Shown in pieces: positions 1-10,500 of a stretch of DNA of 64,000 bases. The position numbers were made by a program, and so were the translations under genes. The DNA comes from Macrostomum hystrix (lineage: Eukaryota; Animalia; Platyhelminthes), in contig CATNEN010000005.1 of the NCBI GenBank assembly GCA_950097015.1, forward strand, positions 4,092,001-4,156,000, read 5' to 3'. Numbering within the stretch: position 1 is the first letter of the stretch; each line of letters begins with the position of its first letter. Below the pieces are notes generated by a model that was not told where the DNA came from, did no database searches, and worked only from the letters and a program-made list of their open reading frames with translations.

Positions 1-514
1 AATGATGTTCAATTTCCTTTTACTTGTGATCAAAAGGGCTGCCAATCTACACAGATCAAATGACAAATAATTAATAAAAAGCTAATGCATTCTTCTAGTT
101 CCTTTGGAAGTTCCTTTGGTAGGCTTTTCATGCACGTGGGGCCGTCACGGAAATGAAATTTTTTGTTAAAAAAACGAATTTTTGAAGAATTTTCGAGTCA
201 TCTGGCCGCTCTAGATAGTTATTCGTTTCATGATTTTTTCTTTTTTTCTGCAAACGAGCCCTTAAAGTACATTCGGAAAACCAGAAAACTGAGCTAATGC
301 TGAAGGTATTATAGGTTCGTGCAAGTTTTTCTTAGAAAGTTGAAATAAAAATTGATGCACGAATTAAGGATCAAAGCTATATTTAACGAGTTCTTGCATT
401 TCACAGTTTAATAAGTTTTAAATAAATAGATAAATTTGCTACTATATTTACGATTTGCAGGATTTCATATCGCGTGCATATCAAATCCATATAGCTACGT
501 AAAAGTGCGGTAAT

Positions 515-2823
515 TCATGATTCAGCTGGACTACAATCCTGCTGTGAAACCTCCGTGTTACATTCTTTAGCGGCGTTGTTGCTGAAAAAGCCGAAGTTTG
601 CTTTGATTGCGTCCACTTCAGATTCTTGCAGTCCGATTTGAGTCAGATACTGTTCGACAGTTCCATACCTGAAATCAATGGTTATTTGCTGGATTTAACT
701 ATTTTCAACCTTAAAAACAACTTAAGAGGGCTTTAATGCAGAAAAATATTTATTAACTGCGCCAGGTTAATTTAGCGCAATATAATGTTGCTTAAAATTT
801 AATCTAGAAATTATAAATTACCAATCGAACTTCTAACTTTTCAAAAAAGCTTGAAATATGAATATTTTCGGCATTATAACATTTTCGATTCTTCTATAAA
901 AGAGGAAAAAAATAGTCATCCTAAAAATTTAGTTTAGCTCACCTCACTGGCTAAAACAGGTGTCTAAAACCACACAAAATTCAGCTTGGCTGTAGAGTAT
1001 AGAGAATCTAGTCAGCTTTTTACTAAAATAAACATTTTTAAAATGCGTTGCACGATATGCAAGTTATCAGTGCAGTTTTTCTCCTGCCCATATTAGTCTA
1101 TAGAATGTGGCATGGGTTAGGCGGGGAGAATTGTCTATCCAGTTTCTATATTCAGAGCCCCATGGTTGTATAAAAATAACGACATGAAAACTTGTCAAAA
1201 AGCTCACCGGTTTCTAATCCAGGCAATAACTTCCTTGATGAGCTCCTTTGGGCACCTGGCGCATTCAGGTGGCATCCTTGCCGTTAGAATTTTAGCTTCA
1301 ATCTCGGGCAAAAAACGCGCGATGTGAACCTACAAGCAGAAAGGAATTGTTAGACACTCGAGGCGAATAACGAGAAATTCGTGCAGATTTTTACATTGAG
1401 ACAGATTTTCTATAGAGTTTCTCGGCTGGCCGGAATTTCTTTCAGATCAAATGCCAACCCCTGTTTAGCTTTTGGACTCTAGTATTGTGACAGCCAGATA
1501 TGTTACAATAAATGTTATGGGAGACGTTGCGTACTGTGGGTTAGATTAAAATAATTATTTTGACATTACTTTTGACTACACTTGACTGTTCAGTCCATGG
1601 ACTGGGGGGACGCCACACCCACCCTCGATTATCTTAATTAGCTAACAGCTGGGTGAACTGACGCCATGTAGAGTTCAAGTGTCTTGCTAAAGGACATAAA
1701 TTCTTCCAGTGGAGTCGGGAATCGAACCCCCGACCTTTCAGTCGTGAGTCCGACGCTAACCACTAGGCTAACCACGGCTCCCGGTAATGGCGCCCATGCT
1801 CATGCGCCATCAAGTGAATAATTTAATTTAATGAAAACTGTCGAAAGTGGATTAAACTATATAAACCTTGACAAGAATTTTCCATTTCGTTTTACATCTC
1901 TAAGCACCGCAGCTTTTAATTAAGATTACCATAGTGGAGCGCCCATTCAACCGAAAATTGTGATCTTTTGGTAAATGATCCGTTTTGATAGCCAATTAAA
2001 CTAAGTAATTAATTGGTGCACCTGGTAATGGCGCCTAAAGAAAATTCCTGGCTACACCGCTGCGATCGTTTCCCATCCCGAGTATTTAGTAGTCCCTGAC
2101 TCCCTGGCTGCATGCATCAGTCCTCACCTCAGTAGCATGGTACTCGTCAACCACCTGATCCTCAGTCATGCTGGGATCCATCATCTGAAGGAGGGCACAG
2201 ACTGCGCCTGTTCGGTCTTTGCCATACTGACAGTGCAGCAAGGCCGGATATATGCTTGAGTCGCTTAGCAATCGAAACAGCGCCACCAATCCTGAGCAGT
2301 CCATGGCCGGGTCTAGCCAGTCCAGATAGAGACCGGCTGGCCCCTTGCTATGCGCCACATCGCTAGCCAGCTTCTTGAGAATGCCCATCTTGAAACCGTC
2401 GGATGTGTCAAACCGTTCGCTTGTCCAGCCTGAGACGGCTTGTCTCCAATTGTTCCAGAATAAACCGCTGAAGATCTTGAGCTTCTTAGTTATTGTATAG
2501 AAGTCGATGCGGTAGAACGTTATCACGTAGTCACTACCGCATGTAGTCTCCACGAAACGTAACTCTGTAAACGTTCCCGACCTTGTTAACTGCATGATCC
2601 TGTAGCCGACTCCTTCTGGCACAGGATAGGACAGTGAGTCGCCAATCTCCTCTTTGGTTCGAATGTCGATGACAGATTTGAGTCGCAACTCTCCATCTCC
2701 GACGACTTCAGCAATCTCCGCCTCGTCCAACTTGTTTAATGCGGTGCCGCGCATCAGGCGAAGCTTCTGATTTTCCGGGTTCGCCGCAACAATGCGAAAA
2801 CATTTTGGTACAATGCCTGCCAT
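515..2823 (-). CDS. Tyrosine/dual-specificity phosphatase of the Y_phosphatase3 (MptpB/IphP-like) family, 3 exons, about 323 aa
   Basis: Exons 2823-2128, 1329-1208 and 668-515 have GT-AG boundaries and consistent phases (972 nt). The protein has the P-loop HCQYGKDRTG (CX5R), VIDIRTKEE, DEYHAT and the C-terminal YGTVEQYLTQIGL typical of this family. Confidence 0.8.
1572..1778 (-). mobile_element. tRNA-derived SINE family A copy in phosphatase intron 1
   Basis: The reverse complement shows A box (tagcctagtggttag) and B box (ggttcgattccc), a core gtcctttagcaagacact...cagttcacccag and the tail cagtccatggactg...gtgtagtcaa. It is colinear with the copy at 29308-29610 but has an internal deletion. 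Confidence 0.85.
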
Positions 2824-5800
2824 ATTTTTATATTAAAATTCTTAATTTGTTGTTGCTAAATATATTTTTGCGTTTTTCTTAATTCAAAACTAGAGCCAGT
2901 TTTTAAAGCCTTGTTTTGTATAGCAGACACTAATAGTCACCTCGAGTTGTTGACTGGATCTAGAACATTTCTTATCTAATATTGCGTCTTATAAAATTTT
3001 ATCTTCAATGAGCAATGCGTGAGTCGATATCGAAATGGACGATTAAGAATTTTGGAAACTTTTAATCTCGTGCGAACTGATTTCTTCGGGTTTCAGTATA
3101 GTTGAGAGCGTTAGTTGTTGCTTTTGTCAAGTCATTTAAGTGCAATGTAAACATGGCGCACGTCACTGGGTGCATTCCGTTGCTAAGCAACTTCGGTTTT
3201 AAGTAGCAGAAGCATGCTATATGTGTTTTAATTATAAACACAAAAGTAAAAATTTGCTTTTAAAACTCATTTCGCCATGCAGTATAATGTGCGCGTGAAC
3301 TAATTCGATTTCGCTTCACAATCAAGCTAGTGCTTATATGTAGCAGACCTCTCAGCTCTCTCTCTATTTGTTGGATTTGGGATTGGTGAGCTGAGTATTT
3401 GGGGGGATGGTAGCGTAAGTTATGAGGGTGAGAATAGGTATTTTCCACGCTGTTCGGGTTTTACCTAAGGTAGTGCTAATGCCCGAGCGGCAAGACACTA
3501 GCTACTAACAATGGGAGAGGAATCTACTGCTGCTGCATGGCACGAGGGCTAAAAGTTCACTGATCTGGGGCACACAGTCCGTGGGGCGTATCAGGATGGA
3601 TCGAAGTTGCGTGAACGTCCTGGTAAACGTCCTTCGCACTCTCACTTACTTTCCTCTATGGGGTCCGGAATTAGTACATGCAGTTTCATTAGGGGGATAA
3701 AGGCGGAATTTAGGGACTTCAAGGGGGTGCATTTAGGGAACTTTAGGTGGACTTTTAGATGGGACTTTAGGGTGGTATATTGGGATTTCAAAGGGTCATA
3801 TAAAGGGTAGATTTGGGTGACGATCGGCCGATGAGAGATCAATGGGAGAGGATTGGGGAAGTAAAGGGATCTATCTGTTTTACTCCTATTAGGAAAATAA
3901 CTAAGGAACTAGGTTTATTTAATAGCGAAACAGGGAATGAGGTAGGAAGTGGAATCGCTTATATTTCGTATAGGTTGTATCGAGCGTAGAGCTAAACGTT
4001 GAGAACATATAGAACGTAAAGCAGGTCAAACAGGTAAAGATCGCATTATATTCTTCTCTTAATATACCAAACTTGAGGTGGGTGCATGTCCCGCTTGAGT
4101 GCGCATACATCGAACAAAGAGGGCTGCGTGAGGTTACGAGAAATAGCTAGCGCGTGAGACAAAGTGGCGGGAATTCAAAATGAAAAAGTGTCCTAATTAT
4201 TCACTGCCTCACTTACAATTGTAATGCTCATAAAAATGCGAGCTTTTTTTAAAAAAACAATAATTGTATCGGACTTGCAGTAGATTGACAGTGCACACAT
4301 GCTTCAGTGCCGTATAAGCCATTTCTTTAGGGGGTCAGGCGCATATTATATGTAGCCCGCAGTACAGTTCAAAAAATGTCTCGCGCGGCATCCAACTTAA
4401 AGTTTTCCTATTTTCTGACAGCTAAAGCTGACTGACTGCAGTACCTCAAAGTAAGACATCTGCCACAACTATTTATACGCCTTTATTAAAAATTTTCATA
4501 CTTTAAAGCTTCGTTTTTAAGCAGTGGAACAACCTACAAATCTGTGTTTTCACAGTTTTCAGGTGGAGCACCGGAAATAAGATGAATTGCTCCACAAGAC
4601 TGGACCAGAATTCTCTGTGCTTTTTGCAATGCATGTGAAATTTAATTGATGTTTAGTCGATTCGACTTAAAAAATGGCCTACACACATTGTATTGATTTC
4701 CAATTGTTTGACAACCATCGGAGAGGTCCACGTGGACCAGGTCGGGAACCGCTTTAATGGACATGCTTTCAGACGACTAAGTTGCTAATTTTGGCTCTAG
4801 CAGATAGTGTAGTTTGATGCTAGGAATATATATTTGTCCCTTTAATGTCAGCTTGTTTGTGTAACAAACAAGAAAATTTCGTTGGCAAATTTTCGTTTGT
4901 TTTACTATATAGTAACTTAACTTGGCGCGAAATTGTTAGGAACCTGGAACTTACGGGGCACCCGCTCAAAGAAATTAATTGAAATTGAATTGAGTTGTAG
5001 TGAAAGGGTATGATTATGAATCTACAATATTTCTATTTTTATAGCATCCGTGGTACCTGATGCAGTTAGATTTATTTTTGACTGAAATCGAGGTAAAGTA
5101 GATTTACATATATGATGTTCTAAATCTTTTGTAAACGAGAAAAATGCCAAGGTTATTTTGGCCCAAAATATGGGGTTCGGTAAATTTGTCTATTTTGCTT
5201 ATTTGTCTATTTATGAACTCTTTGATGTATTCAAAATAAACATTTTTAAGAATGTGACGTCACATGTTTAGTTTTATGTTTTTATGTATGTATCAGCATG
5301 GTTTTTTCGCTTATAATATTTAGGCCTTGGCAGCTTTGCCATTATTAGACACGCTGCCTAGATGGTAGCTAAGCTTTAAGTTTAGTTTAGTGTTTAATAA
5401 CTTAAACATCATGCCTGAAGTATAGCATTGGCTAGATTTATTATTACTCGTGTATCTATCAAAAATTCGAATTGTAATTTCACTCTACACCTATCCCTTT
5501 TGGAGGATTAAATTTTGTCAGGTTGGCTGGTGCACACCATTTTTATTTCATTGGAGGCCCCTTCTCTATTTGAGTAATCGGTTAATGTTTTTATGTTACT
5601 ACATTACTTTTAAGAATGCATCATTCCATCACAATTTTTTAATCACACTCATTAGACTTAACATTGTGTCTTTGTGCAAGATGCTTCATTGACATCAGCC
5701 TAATCTATACTGCATATTTAGTTAGGCTATATTTAAGGTGTATGACCAAGACTGCCACACACCAAGAGTAAAGACCACCACTGCTTTGACTGGCTAAAAC

Positions 5801-6300
5801 AGAGTTAGGGGCCTATGTTCAAATAATAGGCCTAGCTATGAAAGTGTTTTTTGCCATGAGTAGGCCTATACCAGAGTTGTTATAGGCAAATGGCAATGTT
5901 TAGTTAAGCTAACTATAAAATAGCAGGAACTTTCCATTAAAATGGTGAAATAAAATTGGATTTGGGATATAGTACAGATTTAATTGAACAAATATGTTAT
6001 AGGCCTATTAAGGTTAACTTTTGCCAATCACTTACATTGTTTCTCTCTATTTATAGTTTATGTATTCTTTTAGTCTGTTTCTTAGTCAGTATTCTATTTT
6101 GCTTTGTGATTGTTATCTGCACCTACATATCATCTGCCTTTCTATTAATTGTTTTGTATTTTAACTCTTGTAAATCTATTTAAATTGTAAATAAATACAA
6201 GTTATTTAGGCCTACTACCACTATTTTTTCCTTTCTGCCTCCACCACTGTCTCCATGTGGTTTCCTATTCTTTCTGTCTCTCTTTCCTGCTGTCTCCCTG

Positions 6301-6580
6301 CATACATGCGCAACACCCGGCTGACCCGGCCGAACCAGCCGGGTGAAACGAGGGCCAAGCAAGGTAAGTCGCAAAAACCAATCAACCAAGCGCAAAAAAA
6401 TCAAAGGGGGACCAAGGGACAAAAAAGGAAAGCGTGAAGAAAAGGAAAAAAGGGAGAGAAAAAGAGAGCAAATGAGAGCAAACTAAGTTGTAAATAGAGC
6501 AATGAAACGAACTAAGTCGCAAATGAGAGCAAAAACTAAGTCGCAAGGCCGGCTAAGATTTGGGAGGTTGCACATGTATG
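6301..6580. mobile_element. hAT-like MITE, about 280 bp, with 14-bp TIRs and an 8-bp TSD
   Basis: TIRs are CATACATGCGCAAC / GTTGCACATGTATG. An identical 8-bp flank TCTCCCTG lies at 6293-6300 and 6581-6588. Confidence 0.8.
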
Positions 6581-6618
6581 TCTCCCTGTCTGTCACCCTC
6601 CGCTGGCTCCCTCTACTC

Positions 6619-6903
6619 CATACATGCGCAACCTCCCAAATCTTAGCCGGCTATGCTCTATTTACGACTTAGTTTGCTTTCATTTGCGACTTAGTTCATT
6701 TCATTGCTCTATTTACGACTTAGTTTGCTCTCATTTGCTCTCTTTTTCTCTCCCCTTTTTCCTTTCCTTCACACCTTCCTTTTTTGTCCCTTGGTCCCCC
6801 CTTTGATTTTTGCACTTGGTCGATTGGTTTTTGCGACTTACCTTGCTTGGCCCTCATTTCACCCAACTGGTTCAGCCGGGTTGGCCAGGTGTGGTGCATG
6901 TAT
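6619..6903. mobile_element. Second copy of the same MITE in inverted orientation
   Basis: It is a near reverse complement of 6301-6580 along its length and starts CATACATGCGCAAC. The right TIR and TSD are degenerate. Confidence 0.75.
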
Positions 6904-7510
6904 CTCTTTCTTTCTCTCCTCTCATTGCTCTCTCCCTCCCTTCCCTTTGCATGATACTCTCTCCTTTCCTCTCTCTTTCCTCACTCTTTATCTCTCTCTG
7001 TAACCTATATCACCCAGAAATCTCCCTAATTCATTGTTGACATTAATTTGTATGTCATGCTTTCTCATGCACATTCTGTATATAGTATCTTGGGTATCTA
7101 CAATATTTTATAAAGCATTTAGTCTTTTATATGTAATTACAATATACTTTAATATTAATATTGTGTCAGATTTGATTATTTTGAGAGCTAAATTACTTGA
7201 GCTATTTATACATTAGCCCTAAGCAAATTCAATTATATCAAAGACAGCTATAGATGCATTTCTATAGAGATTTAGAAAATTGATATTAAAATTAAGCATT
7301 AGGATGAGCCATATTGCTACTATTATGAGGACATAATTACCAAACAAAATTATTCTTCGTGTTATGTTGGCTTTTTGTGCAATACCAAATACTGTTTCAG
7401 GTATTTATTTATTGTGTATTTTTAATCAAACACAGCATTCTTAAGTCCAAATAGAACTAATTTTTCATTTAAAATTTTTAGCATAGCAAAATTCATTAGA
7501 AAAGAGTAAC

Positions 7511-10500
7511 ATGAAAAGAAAAGAAGACAACGAACTGTCATTGTCAAGATCATCGGAGTCAGATGAGGATGCCGACGACCATGATACTAAGGCTGCTCAC
7601 GCTCCTTTGTCTGCCAAACGTCCTCGCCAGTCGGTTGACAATTCAATCGCGTCAACTAGTCGCGCTGTCCAATCCATGATGGTTAAAATGGGTCACAAAG
7701 AAGGCGAAGGTCTCGGCAGGTATAAACAGGGCATTGTTGAGCCGGTGCAAGCTCAAACTATAAAAGGTCGTTCTGGTCTGGGCTTCACATCTTTGTCGGC
7801 TACGAAAAGGCCGGAATTTGTATGGCACGAAGGTGACGATCCAATAGTTGTGCAGCGTCAAGTTAACTGGCTAGCTAACAGTGACGAACCTATTCCATTT
7901 AATGGTGACGCCGACGTGTTGCTTAGCAACTGGATGTCCATCGACTTGGCCAAGATGGTATTGAATGACGAGACTGAGTTTGTTGCACCAGATGTACTAT
8001 CGGGTGTGTTAGAGTGCAAACAGTTTTTAGACGACATGTCCAATAAGGAATTGATGGATTCTAGATCAAGAAGTAATCCCTACGAGACAGTAAGTATTCT
8101 ATTGAAATTATCCACCTTTAAATTGAGCTCTGAATGTTAAATACAGACCCCTTCATCTAAAATTATTAGATCCCTAAGTATACTATCCTCAGATCGCTGA
8201 TTTTAAAATATTCAGGTCCCTTCATCTGTCTACAGCCATCAGATCCCTTCATCTACAATTTTCAGGTCCCTAAATCTAAAATCTTCAGATCCCTGAATCT
8301 CCAATCTTCAGGTCCCTAAATCTAAAATCTTCAGATCATTTAATCTAAAATCTTAAGATCCCTGAATCTACAATCTTCAGATCCCTGAATCTACAATCTT
8401 CAGGTCCCTAAATCTAAAATCTTCAGATCATTTAATCTATAATCTTCAGATCCCTGAATCTACAATCTTCAGATCCATGAATCTACAATCTTCAGATCCC
8501 TGAATCTACAATTTTTAGATCCCTGAATCTACAGCCCTCTGATCCTTTCATCATCAAACGTGTAAGTGCTCTTCATTTCCATTTTTTACCTACGTTCAGG
8601 TGAAGAACGCCATCTTCATGAATCGAGCCGCATTGAAAGTGGCCGAAGTAGACGCCGTATTGCAATTCACAATGTCTCGCCCGTTCGATTCGGACGAAAT
8701 TCTCACCTTCGCCGACATCTGCGCTGGTCCCGGAGGTTTCACAGAATATCTTCTATGGCGCAATCGGCCAGACGATCAACGCGGCCCCAGAGCCAAGGGA
8801 TTCGGTTTGACGCTGAAAGGAAAATGTGATTTTCGTCTTAGCGACATGCTAGCCGGGGCGCCGGAATATTTTTATCCCTACTACGGGCCAAACGATGAGA
8901 GCGACGGCGACATCTTTCTGGAAGAGAATATGCTCGGCTTTAGAGATCTCATTATGGCCAACACTGCCAATCTGGGAGTGCATCTAGTTACAGCTGACGG
9001 AGGTTTCTCAGTGAGTTAAACATTGTTGAACCTTTCAACATAAGCTAGTTCTTTCCGTGTTTTAAAGATTTCTGCTTCAGTGTTCTCAAGATTTCTACTT
9101 CAGTGTTCTCAAGATTTCTGCTTCAGTGTTCTCAGGATTTCTGCTTCAGTGTTCTCGAGATTTCTGCTTCAGTGTTCTCAAGATTTCTGCTTCAGTGTTC
9201 TCAGGATTTCTGCTTCAGTGTTCTCAAGATTTCTGCTTCAGTGTTCTCAAGATTTCTACTTTAGTGTTCTCAGGATTTCTGCTTCGGTATTCCAAATACT
9301 TCAGCTTCAGTGTTCTGTAGTTCAGGTGTTCAGTGTTCTGTAGTTCAGGTCTTCAGTGTTCTGTAGTTTAGGTGGTCAGTGTTCTGTAGTTCAGGTCTTC
9401 AGTGTTCTGTAGTTCATGTCTTCAGTGTTCTGTAGTTCAGGGCTTCAGTGTTCTGTAGTTCAGGGCTTCAGTGTTCTGTAGTTCAGGTCTTCAGTGTTCT
9501 GTAGTTCAGGTCTTCAGTGTTCTGGAGCTCAGGTGTTCAGTGTTCTGTAGTTCATGTGTTCAGTGTTCTGGAGCTCAGGTCTTCAGTGTTCTGGAGCTCA
9601 GGGCTTCAGTGTTCAGAACTGGCAGTATTGTAATAGTTCCAACATAATCAAATATCAGGTTGAAGGCCAAGAAAACATTCAAGAGATTCTCAGCAAGCAG
9701 TTGTACCTGTGCCAGGCTCTCACAGCCATGCTAATATTGCGCCAAGGTGGCAGCTTCCTGTGCAAATTGTTCGACGTTTTCACTGAATTCAGCGCGGGCC
9801 TAATGTACATTCTCTACTTGGCGTTCGATCAGTTCGCCCTGTTCAAACCCGCCACTAGCAGGCCGGCTAATTCAGAGCGTTACGTCGTCTGTCGAGGCTA
9901 TCGAAGGAAACAGTCGGAAGGACTTGTAAAATATCTGCTATTAGTAAATGCCAAGATTAATCTATTAAAGACTAAGGCGGCACATTTGCCCCAATCGGAA
10001 AGACGCGATGTACAGGTGAGAGAACTGATTTGCTAGCTATATTCCCCCATTTAGCTAAAAATCTGTCCCCATTATTAAGATTGCGGGTCGAATCAAACCA
10101 AGAATCGTAGCTAGAATTGCAGCTGGTGTCGTAGCTAGAATCGTAATAGGAATCGCAACAGGAGTCATAGCTAGAATCGAAGGAGGAGTCATAGCTAGAA
10201 TCGCAGCAGGTGTCATAGCTAGAATCGCAGCAGGTGTCATAGCTAGAATCGCAGCAGGAGTCATAGCTAGAATCGCAGCAGGAGTCATAGCTAGAATCGC
10301 AGCAGGTGTCGTAGCTAGAATTGCAGCAGGTGTCATAGCTAGACTCGCAGCAGGAGTCATAGCTAGAATCGCAGCAGGAGTCATAGCTAGAATCGCAGCA
10401 GGTGTCATAGCTAGAATCGCAGCAGGAGTCATAGCTAGAATCGCAGCAGGTGTCATAGCTAGAATCGCAGCAGGAGTCATAGCTAGAATCGCAGCAGGAG

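Noticed and set aside
2045-2061. cctggctacaccgctg (and gccaacccctg at about 1454) as transposon termini in phosphatase intron 1
   Set aside because: They resemble hAT-type ends, but I could not find partner TIRs or TSDs.
4164-4178. GGCGGGAATTCAAA as an E2F/CHR cell-cycle element
   Set aside because: It is a short motif more than 1.3 kb from either neighbouring ATG, its spacing and orientation are not canonical, and it cannot be supported.
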